Shown here one piece after another: positions 37,330-49,944 of a stretch of 64,000 bases of DNA. Each line of letters begins with the position of its first letter. Within the stretch, counting starts at the first letter, position 1. The notes under the pieces are model-generated. The model searched no databases, was not told the origin of the DNA, and saw only the letters and a list, made by a program, of their open reading frames with translations. This stretch comes from Squalus acanthias. Taxonomy: Eukaryota. The position numbers were made by a program, and so were the translations under genes. The stretch is from assembly GCA_030390025.1 (NCBI GenBank), contig CM059432.1, forward strand, positions 103,666,001-103,730,000, read 5' to 3'.

Positions 37330-40300
37330 CCAAAGAACATGAGAGCGGGAGCAGCACCAAAGGACTGGACCTGGCGGGAGCACAGCGAGAGCGAGCAGTT
37401 AAAAAGAGCAGTCTCGAGCGGCAGCAACTCAACAGAGGCAGTTTTTGAAAAAGTGACGTCAGCGTAAAAAAAATGACGTCGGCACAAGAGAAGGAGCCGA
37501 TTGGTGAGTAGCTGGTGAGTGTATTTTGTTAAGTTTTAAGTTTATTTCTGCTGGGTTAGTTCTTAGTCTATTAACTAGAGGCATGGCAGCGCAGCTCAGT
37601 CCCATGGAGTGCACACCCTGTGCCATGTGGGAAGTCCTGGACGCTTCACGTAGCCTGGACGACCACATGTGCGGGAAGTGTCGCCAGCTACAGCAACTTG
37701 AGCACGTTTCTAGAGGTGGTCACACCGCAGCTTAAGAGTGTGCAGGCAGAGAGGGAATGGGTGACCGCCAGACAGAAGAGGAGGACCAGGCAGGTAGTGC
37801 AGGAGTCCCCGGAGTGCATCGCGCTCTCCAACCTGTATTCTGTTCTGAGTACTGGTGAAGGCGATGGTTCCTCTGGGGAGTGCAGCCAGAGTCAAGTCCA
37901 TGGCACCACAGGTGGCTCAATTGAACAGGTGGGGGGGGGGGGGAGGAAAAAGAGTGGAAGAGCAATAGTGGTAGGGGATTCAATAGTTAGAGGATCAGAC
38001 AGGCGTTTCTGCGGCTGTAGACGTGACTCCAGGATGGTATGTTGTCTCCCTGGTGCCAGGGTCAAGGATGTCACTGAGAGGCTGCAGGACACTCTGAGGG
38101 GGGAGGGTGAACAGCCAGAGGTCATTGTCCATAACGGTACCAACGACATATGCAGAAAGAGGGATGAGGTCCTGCAGGCAGCGTTTAGGAGCTAAGAGAG
38201 AGATTAAAAAGCAGGACCTCAAAGGTAGCAATCTCCAGATTACTCCCAGTGCCATGTGCTAGTGAGTACAGGAATAGGAGGATAGAACAGATGAATGCGT
38301 GGCTGGAGAGATGGTGCAGGAGGGACGGCTTTAGATTCCTGAGGCATTGGGACCATTTCTGGGGAAGGTAGGACCTGTACAAGCCGGACGGGTTACACCT
38401 CAACAGAGCCGGGACCAATATTCTCGTGGGGAGGTTTGTTAGTGCTGTTGGGGAGGGTTTAAGCTAGATTGGCAAGAGGATGGGCAACAGCATATAGGAG
38501 TAGAAAAGAGGAATAAGGTGCATAAAAGAGTGATTGTGTGGGATAGTACTAGAGAAGATAGTACTAGAGGCGGTAGTAGTACCATATTAGATAGGAGCAG
38601 ACTAAGAAAGATTACGAAAAATTCAAAAATGGGTTTAGAATGCATGTACGTACACGCACAAAGTGTGGTGAATAAGGTTGGTGAGCTACAAGCACAATTA
38701 GCCGTGTGGCAATATGATGTTGTGGCAATAACGGAAACGTGGCTTAAAAACGGTGAGGACTGGGCACTGTAAGTGGTTTTCTCGGGCGCACCGAAAACAC
38801 ACCTCTTACTACAAGTTCTGGACGATAGGGATTATATGAACAGATCAGACTCGGACACCCGTTTGAGCTCAACCGTATTGTGTTTAATAGGATTAACAAT
38901 AACACTCGTAACAGTACAAAACAAAACAACCCTGGCTTGTCCAACAAGCCATACGGTGCTAAATTACCACGGTCTAATAAAATAACCCTCCCCCCCCCCA
39001 CCCCATGAAATAAACTAACACAGGACCCCAGCACTAAACCCCTCTAAGGTTTGGTTGGGACTTACACTCACCCCCTCACACAGCTAAGTGGTCTTGTGGA
39101 TGTGCAGGCGCAGGCAATATGCTCACCCCGATTGCCCGTTGTCTTGCTTGCAGCTTCTTCCTGTACGTCGCGCTCCTGGTTCCGTACCGCCGACACGGTA
39201 TCCAAGTTCCAGTTTGAGTCGAGGTCCGTTGATGAGGGATGAAGAGCAGCGCTCAGCTTCTGGCGGTGTTCCATCGAGCCGAGCCCCACTCGGGAGACTT
39301 GCTGTAGATTGATGCCAAGGAGAAGAGAGAGCGAGAGCAGCCTCCGAACGGTTCCTTATATACCCAAAACCCATCACCTTTTTCTCCCACCAATACTGAT
39401 CGATGTATTGACTCAGGTGACCTGTCTGGACCCCCCTGTGGCCTGGAGTGACTCATGACCTTTGAAATCTTTGTGAAAAATGACATTCCGTTTCCCCGCT
39501 CCCAGGCCTGGCACCTGGAGAGACAATGAGTGCTGATTACTGGATGTCTGTCGTTTCCTGAGTTGTTGGCCCCTATTAGCAGGTAATGGGTTTCAATCTC
39601 AAACCGAACTTGCTTAACTGGCTTATCTCCTGGAAGACAATGGCCTGGCCATCTCGTGCCTTCCACCAGTTTCGGTTGGGACTGTGCTTTATTGATGTGA
39701 GGGCATAGTGTCTCTGAGTTACTTCTCAGGGTATTGTTCCCAGTAGTCATGTTAGATGGTAATGACGTCAATCGGCCTGGGTTCCCTTCCACCCAGCCTG
39801 TCAGTGTGAGATGGCCATTTGCATATGAATGCACCTTAGTCAGGTTGGCCTGGCTTGCAATCCTATTCCCTAAGCCACTCCCACAAGCTTGCCCAACAGT
39901 ACAGTTCTTTCTTGGGGTTTTGGATATAAAATATGATTCCTAAAAATGGCCAGAAAGCTGGTGCTACAGCACTTAATATTCAAGGGTACAAGGTGTTCAG
40001 AAAAGATAGGGAAGGAAAAAAGGGAGGTGGGGTGGCAGTGCTGATTAAGGAAAACTTTGTAGTGTTGGAAAGGGAGGATGTTCTTGAGGGGACAAGGACA
40101 GAATCCATTTGGTTAGAGTTGAGGAGCAAAAAGGGTATGATCACGCTATTGGGGGTATTCTTTAGGCCTCCAAATAGTGAGAGGGAGGTAGAGGAGCAAG
40201 TCTGCAGGGAAATTGCAGAAATATTCAATAGCTATAGAGTGGTGATATTGGGGGACTTTAATTACCCAAATATCGATTGGGATAATGCTAGGGTAAAGGG

Positions 40301-42700
40301 AAAGGAGGGAGAGGAATTTCTGAAATATGTTCAGGAGAATTTCCTTCACCAATATGTTCTTGGCCCAACTAGGAAGGAGACATTGCTGGATCTGGTGCTG
40401 GGGAATGAGGTGGGCCAGGTCGACCAAGTGTCTGTGGGAGAACACTTGGGTACGAGTGATCATCGTATCATAAGATTTAGATTAGCAATGGAGGGCAGCA
40501 AGGAACAATCTAGAATGGAACTTCTAAACTGGAATAGGGCTAACTTCAGTGGGATGCGAAAGGATCTAGCCAGGGTAAAATGGAACCAAAGACTGACAGG
40601 AAAAACTGTAACGGAACAATGTGTGATCTCTAAGGAGGAGATGTTGCAAGTACAGGCTAGGTACATTCCAACAAGAGGGAAGGGTAAGGGAACCAAAGCA
40701 AGGGCTCCTTGGACGATGAGGGAGATAGAGAAGATGATGAAACAAAAAAAGAGGGTGTATGATGAATGTCAGGTGAATTCTTCAAGGGAGAACCAGACCA
40801 AATTGAGAGGGGATGTGAAGACGAAAATAAGATTGGCAAAGAGAGAATATGAGAGTAGAATGGTGGTTAACATAAAAGGGAACCCAAAATTCTTCTACCG
40901 GCATGTAAACAGTAAGCGGGTAGTAAGAGGCGGGGTGGGGTGTATTAGAGACAAAGAAGGTGATATATGCTTAGAGGCGCAGGGCAAGGCTAGAATACTC
41001 AGTGAGTACTTTGTATCGGTGTTTACTAAGGAGGTGGCTGCTGACAAAATATCGGTAGAAGTGGAAAAGGTAGAAACAATGGAAGGGGTAGAAATTGATA
41101 GACAGGATGTACTAGAAATGCTGGGTATACTTAGAGTGGTCAAGTCACCTGGTCCAGATGGCTTGCATCCCAGGTTGCTAAGGGAATTGGGGGAGGAGAT
41201 AGCAGAAGGGCTTGCCATAATTTTCCAATCTTCCCTAGATGTGGGGGAGGTGCCTGAGGATTGGAAAGTGGCAAATGTGACACCATTGTTCAAGAAAGGG
41301 TATAAGGACAATCCTAGTAACTACAGGCCGGTCAGTTTAACATCAGTGGTGGGTAAAGTTTTAGAAACAATAATCAAGGAAAAAATTAACGGGCATTTGG
41401 AAGGTTTAAGCTAATTAAGGAGAGCCAACACGGATTTGTAAAAGGCAGATCGTGTTTGACTAATCCAATTGAATTTTTTGATGAAGTAACAGAGAGGATT
41501 GATGAAGGGAATGCAATGGATGTTGTCTACATGGATTTTCGGAAGGCATTTGACAAAGTACCACATAGAAGGCTGGTTAACAAAATTGAGGCTCATGGAA
41601 TAGATGGGTCAGTGGCAGCTTGGATAAGGAATTGGCTTAAGGACAGAGAACAGCGAGTTGTGGTAAATGGCTGTTTTTCAGACTGGAGGACAGGAGACAG
41701 TAGTGTTCCCCAAAGGTCAGTGCTGGGACCACTGCCTTTTTTGATATATATAAATGACCTGGATATTGGAATGCAGAGTAGAATTTGTAAATTTGCCGAT
41801 GACACCAAACTTGGGGGTGTGGCAAACAGTGTGGATGATACCAATCGACTACAACAGGACATAGAAAGGCTAGCAGAATGGGCAGACAAGTGGCAGATGG
41901 AATTTAATACAGAGAAGTGTGAGGTGATGCATTTTGGCAGAAGGAACAGGGAGAGGCAATATACACTTAATGGCACAGTTTTAAAGAGTGTGCAGGGACA
42001 GAGGTTCCTAGGAGTTAATGTGCATAGTTCCCTGAAGGTGGCAGGACATATTGAGAGAGTGGTTAGCAAAGCATATGGGATCTTGGGCTTCATAAATAGA
42101 GGTATTGAGTACAAAAGTAGAGAAGTTATGCTGAACCTTTATAAAGCGCTGGTTAGTCCACAACTGGAGTATTACGTCCAGTTCTAGTCAGCACACTTTA
42201 GGAAGGATATGAAGGCCCTTGAGAGGGTGCAGAGGAGATTTACCAGAATGGTTCCGGGATGGGGGATCTTAGCTACAAGGGCAGGTTAGAGAAGCTGGAT
42301 TTGTTTTCATTAGAGCAAAGGAGGTTGAGGGGTGATTTGATAGAGGTGTACAAGATTATGACGGGTTTGGATAGGCTAGACGGGGGTAAGGCTGTTCCCA
42401 CTAGTTGATGGTACAAGTACACAGATTTAAGCTTTTGGGCAAGAGATACAGGGGGGACGTGAGGAAAAACTTTTTTACGCAGCGAGTGGTGATGACCTGG
42501 AACTCACTGCCGACGGAAGTGGTGGAAGCGGAGACACTCAATGTTTTCAAGGGGAGACTGGATAGGCACTTGAGGGAAATAAACTTGCAGGGCTACGGGG
42601 ATAGAGCGGGGGAGTGGGACTGACTGGATTGCTCTACAGAGAGCCGGCACCGACTTGATGGGCCAAATGGCCTCCTTCTGTGCCGTTATGACGCTATGAC
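37330..42700 (+). mobile_element. Full-length CR1 LINE (5' UTR, ORF1 zinc finger + SGNH esterase, ORF2 APE + RT), inactivated
   Basis: ORF1 CTPCAMWE...CGKC and VVGDSIVRG; ORF2 AITETWL, LGDFNYP, SDH, FADDTKL; several stops and frameshifts; interrupted by a solo LTR. Confidence 0.95.
38768..39968 (-). mobile_element. Solo LTR (1201 bp) in the CR1 endonuclease
   Basis: TGT...ACA ends, 4-bp TSD GCAC; removal restores GEDWALNIQGY; minus TATATAA 39356-39362 and ATTAAA near 38885. Confidence 0.9.
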
Positions 42701-42976
42701 TTTCTAAATAGTGAAAAACTGGAAATAGTAGAGGTCCAAAGAGACTTGGGGGTCCATTTACATATATTGTTAAAATGTTAGGTACAGAAAATTATCAGAA
42801 AGGCTAATGGAATGCTGGCCTTTATATCTAGAGGACTACAATACAAGGGGTAGAAGTTATGCTACAGCTGTACAAAGCCCCTGTTAGATCACACCTGATA
42901 ATGTCTTCAGCTCTGGGCACCACAGGCCTTGGAGGGAGTGCAGCATAGATTTACCAGAATGATACCTGGACACCAA
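42700..42976 (+). mobile_element. Older CR1, fragment 2 of 3
   Basis: QRDLGVH, KANGMLAFISRG, RFTRMIPG motifs. Confidence 0.85.
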
Positions 42977-44295
42977 GGCCGGAATATTTACCCGCCGACG
43001 TGCTGGGAGCAGGGGTGTCCAGTAGCTCACAGGAAACCTGGAGTAGCTGCAGCATATCCATCAGTGGTTTTTTAATCCAGCCACTGCATTTGGATCTGAT
43101 TTCCAGGTTTTGCGATCAATTAGCGTGATGACAAAACACATGGGTCTATTTCAGCTGAGGTATTTAAAGGAACACTGCAAGGATGACAGTTGAAGGATTG
43201 TGGAGGTGGGCGAAACAGAGGAAGGAATAAAGAATCGAGTCTCAACATGCAAAGGCTGTGCCTCACTTCAATAATGTGTCCCTCGACCTGATGCAGCGAG
43301 GTGTAAGGGCCTGCAGGGAGATACTATTCCCTGTTGACAGGAGGAAGAAGCCAGTATCAATGGCCAAGAAGGGTTGGCTTGAGATTGCAGAGGAGGTCAG
43401 CAGCAGGAGTGTGGTGCCACATTCCTGGATACATTGTTGGAAGCACTTTAATGACTTAATGAATGCAGGAAAGGCGAGTACAGTGGCACATTCAACTACA
43501 CCCTGATGTACGTGTCACCCCAACTCCCTCACCCTGCCTTCCCAAGCCTAGTCCTGCACATCACTCCTCACACCAATGTACCTTGCAGGTGCACCCATCC
43601 CTCTCTGTCTATGCACTTCCTCACATCCCCATCTGACCATGTACCACTGACACTCACCCTCATCTTAATGCAATGTCGCGTCTCTCCCTCATAGTCACCT
43701 TCAACAGATGTTGTCCATCCATCCGTTCCACTCATTCCGTGACTCTCACTCAAAGGTCTCTTGTGTCCCTCCTTGCACGAGAAGAGATCACAGAACAGCT
43801 GGGATGGGCAGAGAACCAGAGGTGACCCTCCAGTCATCACCACACTGACAGCTACAGAGGAGGATGCTCTGGAGATAAGCCGAGTGTCGGCATGCCTGGC
43901 GGTAGGAGATGGAGAGATGGGACCTCCCAGCTACCTGGTGACAGAATTAAATATCACACAGCCACATGGCATACACAGTCACTCATGTTGACTTGATGTC
44001 AGCAGCCAATGAAATATGATCATGTGCACAATGTTCACTTAAAACAATCTTACATTGACAGTTCTAATTCATGTCTTTAATCTCCCACAAGCCCATCAAG
44101 TGTCCTGCAGGAGGTGGTACTGGAGGAGGACGATGACTCCTCAAAGGAGGTCACTCACTCTGAGGGTGCACCATCGCAGGACTCATGCACAACATGCAGC
44201 AGCTCAGATACACACACGTCGGTGGGACCAGGAAGACAGATAGTTGTCTTGTCACTTGGTCGCTCACACATCACATGTGAGCAAGAGCAGATGGT

Positions 44296-45050
44296 GTGGG
44301 AGGAAGGGGTTTCAGTTCATAGGGCACTGGCACCAGTACTGGGGAAAGAGGGAGCTGTTCCGTTGGGACGGGCTCCACTTAAACCGGGCTGGGACCAGTG
44401 TCCTGGCGAACTGAATGACTAGGGCAGTAGACAGGGCTTTAAACTAATGAAGGGCGGTTGGGTGGATTCAGGAAAGAGTAAATTTAAAAGCAGCGAGAAA
44501 AATGTCAAGGCTCTAGAGCAGAGTAGAGTTTTGGGTAAAAATAAGCAGAGTGGGTCAGGAAGGAACAGAGAGAGTAACAAAGGTAATAAGGCATCAGTGA
44601 CTAAGGTGACATCAGGGAAAAACAGAAATAAGTCAAAGCTAAAGGCACTGTAGCTGAATGCGTGAAGCATTCACAACAAAATAGATGAATTCATTGGGCA
44701 GATAGAAATTAACAGGTTGATCTAATAGCCATAACGGAGACATGGTTGCGAAGTGGCCAAGGTTGGGAACTAAATATTCCAGGATACTAAACTTTTAGAA
44801 GAGAAAGGCAAAATGGAAAAGGAGGAGGAGTAGCCCTGTTAATAAAGGATGGGATAAAGACAGTAGAGACAAAGGATCTTAGCTCCGAAAATCAAGAAGT
44901 AGAATCAGTTTGGGTGGAGCTAAGAAACAGCAAGGGGCAGAAAACATTGGTGGGAGTTGTTTATAGGCCCCCAAACAAAGATTCACCACCCTCTGAGTGA
45001 AGAAATTTCTCCTCATTTCAGTCCTAAATGGCTGACCCCTTATTCTGAAC
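44296..45050. mobile_element. Rearranged CR1 fragment (ORF1 end/APE start on +, inverted 3' piece)
   Basis: 44296-44977 esterase end and APE start; 44978-45050 is the reverse complement of [21 protein letters not shown]. Confidence 0.8.
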
Positions 45051-45983
45051 CCCTGGGGCTGTCGATAAAGAGAATGATTCTGGAGCAGCAGCAAAAAATG
45101 CGTGAGGCTCTGGCAGGATTTCCAGCCGCACTGTACACACTTGCAGGGAGAATGGAGGAGTCCATCTCAAGCATGAGTGGCATGATGTCGCAGGCCTTAG
45201 CTATGATGCGTTTGTCTATGGAAGGAGTGGCCACCTGCATGGAGCATCAAACGTGGCAGTCAAACGAGTGCATGCTGGCCCTCACCAATAGCTTACACAC
45301 TCTAAATGCCACCTTAACTAGGATAGATCAAAACCTAGCCTTGGCTGCTCAGCGCCCCGTTGATGCTAGCTCATTGCTAGCAGAGAAGTGTGGGTGGGCC
45401 TTGAGAGGAAAAATGGAGAAAGGGGCCATAGAAGTGGGGACTTTTTTCAAAGTGCTTCCACTTCTCACCTGTTGCCCCACCCCCCTCAGTTAGTGCCACA
45501 CGTTCTGCCTCGTATCCCGATGGCCGAGTCTGCCCCTGCACAGGTGCAGGTGAAGCAGTCTTTGGGGGGGCCCTCACGGGCTCCAAAACCCACTTTGGCC
45601 AAGAGCATCTCAGCAGTCCGAGCAGTGATGTGAGCAGCCTGCCTCTACCTCTGCTGAAGCCACTGGGGTTGCACGATGTAGGAGTAGTAGGAAAAGGAAG
45701 ATGAAAGATTAGTAGTTGCACAAGGATATACACATGGTTGTGTTAGACATGTTAAAATTATTTCTTTGCACCACTTTCCCATCTTACTCATTTTTGCCTG
45801 CAGCCTTGCAAATGGCCTTCTCCGTTCTGATGAATGATCAGACAAAACTTAATCCGAGCAATGGGTGTCTGTGAAAGGGATGCTTTTTAGATTGCAGGAC
45901 TGCTTTGTGCTAGGGGAGACGGTGGGGGGAGTGGGGGCAAACGGGTTCAGCATGTGGCTGCCAGATAGGTGCAGTGGTGCAAC

Positions 45984-47186
45984 CTAACTAAATCCTGCCA
46001 TGATGGATCCATCCCGGGCAGCAATGTGCGCCACTGCGGGTGCCATGGCCACATGATGTTCCCCCTCCTCCTCCTCATCTTCCTCCTCTGAAGAGGCACT
46101 GTGCTCTGCGCCTTACTCCTCCTGCAGTGCCAATCCTCGCTGCTGAGCTTTGTTGTGCAGAGTGCAGCACACCACGATCATCTGGAGACCCTGGCTGGTG
46201 TGTAGTGAAGGGCGCCTCCAGATCTGTCGAGGTACCTGAAGCACATCTTCAGCATTCCGATTGCTTGCTCAATGACACATCTCGTCATCATTTGGCTTTG
46301 ATTGTAGTGCTCTAAGGCCTCATTGCTTGGGCTCCTCATGGGTGTCATCAGCCACATCTTAAGTGGATAGCCCTTGTCTCCAAGCAGCCAGCCAGTAAGT
46401 CTGTTCAGAGGTGCAAAGAGCTCAGGGAGGGTGGACTGGCACAGGATGAATACATCAAAGCAGCTCCCTGGGAATCTTGCACACACCTGCATAATGACCT
46501 TTTTGTGGTTACAGTTGAGCTGCACATTGATGGAGTGGAAGCCCTTACGGTTCACGAACATTCCTGGGTGATCTGGGGGTGCTTTGATTGCCACATGTGT
46601 GCAGTCAATGACACCCTGCATCTGTGGGAAGCCAGCCAGAGCCGAAAACCCGAGCACACGTTCATTCTGACTGGCTTTATCGATGACAAAGTCTATATAT
46701 TTGCCTGCCCTGGCAAACATGGCATCGATCACCTGGGTGATACATTTGTGGGTGGTCGACTGCGAAATCATGCAAATATCTCCTGCAGATCCCTGGAAGA
46801 AGCCTGAAGTGAAGAAGTTGAGGGCGGTGGTCACTTTGACAGCCACCAAAAGCGTAAAGCATGGCCACCAGGTCCTCTAGGCAGCAGGTCTTGTTCCAGC
46901 GGCGGCAAATGTTTGCCACGACCTGACGTGATACTCTGAGCCTCCTGAGGCACTGCTGTTCGGACATGTCCAGGAAGCTGATCCTCTGCCTATATACCCT
47001 GTGTTGTGGGTATCGCCTCCTGCGGGCTGCACCTCTGTGCGCATTCCCCCTCTCCTGTGGAGCGGCAGGTCTGTGAGGAGAAGGTTGCTGCTGCTCCTGC
47101 TGGTGTCGCTGCTGTTGGTGTTGCTGCTGGTGCTCATCTTGGTCCTCATCTGAGATCCAAGATGAAACAGCATAAGCGGCACCCAT
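45984..47186 (-). pseudogene. Harbinger DDE transposase of H3
   Basis: 223-aa open core with IDCTH, LGDKGY and IEQAIG catalytic motifs; frameshifts at both ends; Gln-rich N-terminus. Confidence 0.93.
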
Positions 47187-47202
47187 GCTGATCTGATATA
47201 TG

Positions 47203-47462
47203 TGAGAAGTCGCACAACACCAGGTTATAGTCCAACAGCTTTATTTGAAATCACAAGCTTTCGGAGTGCTGCTCCTTCGTCAGGTGAAGTGAAGAAATAC
47301 ATATGGGCACAGCATAAATATGTATTTCTTCACTTCACCTGACGAAGGAGCAGCGCTCCGAAAGCTTGTGATTTCAAATAAAGCTGTTGGACTATAACCT
47401 GGTGTTGTGCGACTTCTCACTTTTGTCCACCCCAGTCCAACACCGGCATCTCCGCATCATGA
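47203..47462. mobile_element. Penelope-like inverted pseudo-LTR with hammerhead cores
   Basis: 103-bp arms 47202-47304 / 47318-47420 (1 mismatch); 12-bp TSD ATCTGATATATG; same family as 34611. Confidence 0.85.
47335..47371 (+). ncRNA. Putative minimal type I hammerhead ribozyme
   Basis: TCAC CTGACGA A GGAGC AGC GCTCC GAAA GC TT GTGA; mirrored copy on minus at about 47251-47287. Confidence 0.65.
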
Positions 47463-47994
47463 ATCTGATATATGACAGATGGAAAGTGAAGAGCAGGCGC
47501 ACAAACCTCCAATGTAGTGAAAGTCATCTCCAATGTAGTAGAAACCACCTCCAAAGTAGAAGAAATCACCTGCAAAGTACTGAAAGCAAACTCTCAGAAC
47601 AAGTGCTGTGAGCAAAAGCCTTTCACTTAAGCAAGGAAGCAGGTGTGTGGTCTCAGTACTTGTGCGATTTTTTTTGCCTGTCACTTGTTCAGCCCCCTCA
47701 ATTGCCACTGTGCTCTCGCCTTGCTTTCACTGGTGAGGTCCAGGAAGCCCAGGAAACCCCTGCACCCACAGTGAAATTTGAAAACCTCTGTTAAAAAAAC
47801 TGTTAATTACCTCTAAGCAGCTTTAAATTGGCACCACGCCTCTCCCGAGGGGGTTTCTGCCGAACGCATCCAGTTAAATATGGAAGTCGCGGGTTGGAGC
47901 CGGCTTCCTGACACGCTGTCAATTTCAGCGCATTTAACCACCCATCCGCTCCCAAACCCACTCACTCTTTGCTGTTAAAATTCCCCCCCCACGA

Positions 47995-48440
47995 CCACAG
48001 GTTAAATTATGAGGAAAGATTACACGAACTAGGGTTATATTCCCTGGAAATTAAATGGTTAATGTGTGATTTGATCGAAGTTTTCAAGATATAAAGTGGG
48101 AACTGATAGGGTAGATAGAGAAAAACTATTTCCGCTGGTTGGGGAGTCTAGGACTAGGGGATATAGCCTAAAAACTAGAGCCAGGCCTTTCAGGAGTGAA
48201 ATTAGGAAACACTTCTACACACAAAGGGTGGTAGAAGTTTGGAACTCTCTTCCGCAAATGGCAGTTGATGCTAGGTCAATTGTTAATTTTAAGTCTGAGA
48301 TTGATAGATTTTTGTTAACCAAAGGTATTAAGGGATAGGGGTCAAAGGCGGGTATATAGAGTTAGGTCGCAGATCAGCCGTCATCTCATTGAATGGTGGA
48401 ACAGGCTCGAGGGGCTAAATGGCCTCCTCCTGTTCCTATG
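47995..48440 (+). mobile_element. Older CR1, fragment 3 of 3 (3' end)
   Basis: DRVDREKLFPL...HFYTQRVVEVWNSLP; 3' hairpin and TTCCTATG tail. Confidence 0.9.
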
Positions 48441-48699
48441 ACTTATGGCCAACACATAACTCTCAGCCTGGGAGGTGAACAAAGATCTTATTAAAGCTGT
48501 GGAATTTCACTCAGCTGTCTGGAAATTGTTCTAAGAGTATTTATTTTCTTAAATTTCTCATTTGTGGCAGTTTATTCTTGCTAGCTTTGCTATCCAGAGT
48601 CCAGTTAGTGTCTGAAAACAATTACTTACAGGACCCTCACTTATTTCTACAAGCAAGGAAGATGAAAACATTACAATGTTCTATCCACTGGGCAATCCC

Positions 48700-49330
48700 C
48701 TGTTCCTGCTTATTATGGACAACCTGGCAGAGAAGCAGAGGGAGAAGGCAGGGAGAATGGCCAGAGACTGAACCGATCTCGATACTACCCTCCACAGAGA
48801 ATGTACAGGGAACAGATGCCATTTGAGGCACTGTGGAAGGAGCTGTGCATGCGCAGACTGAGCGTCAGAAAGGAAGCAATTGGCCACCTATGTGAGATGC
48901 TCCATGAAGACCTAAAGCCATGGTCCACCTCCGCAGGGCCTTGTCAATGACAATGAAGTTGCGGACGGCCCTCAATTTCTACGGCACCAGATCCTTCTAA
49001 TCAGGCTCTGTAACATCAGCCAAAGAGCTGTGAGGACCTGTATTCAATAGGTGACAGGTGCCCTCTTCTGCAGAGCATCGGACTTCATTAAATACGACAT
49101 GTCCCCTGCGCAGCAAAGATACAGGGCCATCATCTTCCACAGGATAGCTGGCTTCCCCAGGGTGCAGGGGCTATAGATGGGGCCGAGGTGCCGCCAAAGG
49201 CTCCACTCGATGAGCCTGTCATCTTTTCTCCACAGGAAGGGGTACCACTCGGTAAATGCGCCAATTGTCTTTGATGCCCAACTGAGAATTCTGCACGTAA
49301 ACTGAGAGCATTAGGGAAGCGCTCATGATG
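48700..49330 (+). pseudogene. Old Harbinger transposase remnant
   Basis: KLRTALNFYGT and AGFPRVQGAIDG motifs in broken frames. Confidence 0.75.
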
Positions 49331-49817
49331 GGGATGTGCAGACACTGGAGATTACTTTTTAAAGCCTTTTTAAAAGTTTTTTTTAACTGTAATTAACTTT
49401 ATAAAGTTGATTTTGGTTGATTTCAGAAGTTGCAGCTCACTTCCTTCCCAGAGCCACATCTCAATCTGACATGTGATATCTTAGGTATTGATCGTGCCAT
49501 GTGGTTGCTGTGGGGAAAGCCATTGGCTGCACTGTCGTTGAGGTCCCTGATTGGCCATTGACCTCGCCGCACCTTAGAAGGATTGATGTTCCAGCAAATT
49601 ACGAAGTAAATAAAGATCGATATGAACTGAGAGCTGAAAAGTCCAAACACGCCGTTCCAGCAAATTCAGGCCTATTAATGTCTCAATATAAGTCAATACT
49701 AAGGCACCCCAGGTTCAAGTGTAAACAGACTGTAAGTACCTGTAGTGAAACCAAGCAGAAACTGCAAGTGAAGTAGATTGCTTTAGATCTAGCGGATCCA
49801 TTTGCTAGATGGATCAC

Positions 49818-49944
49818 CTGTATGTACTAAGAAGATTGTGAAGGAATAATTTAGCTATAAAGTGGTCCAATTCTGCTTTCCTTTCTGTTTCAAATTGATG
49901 GGAGTTTGTTTGCTGTGCAGATTGGAAAAAATTCTTATTGCTTT
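49818..49944 (-). CDS. Candidate exon of unidentified host gene (SNKNFFQSAQQTNSHQFETERKAELDHFIAKLFLHNLLSTYR)
   Basis: Acceptor tactatgttgctacag, open frame, donor CAG|gtgatc; phase 2 out matches the exon at 27595. Confidence 0.4.

Larger units (their letters stand above)
42977..47987. mobile_element. Near-complete two-gene Harbinger transposon, second lineage (H3)
   Basis: G/C-rich imperfect TIRs; Myb gene on + (about 43247-45746) and transposase on -; splits the older CR1. Confidence 0.88.

Noticed and set aside
39253..39834. 193-aa ORF in the solo LTR
   Set aside because: No recognisable motif and it spans the TATA box.
46178..46849. Domesticated HARBI1 gene
   Set aside because: Frameshifted, inside a TIR-bounded multi-copy element inserted in a CR1.
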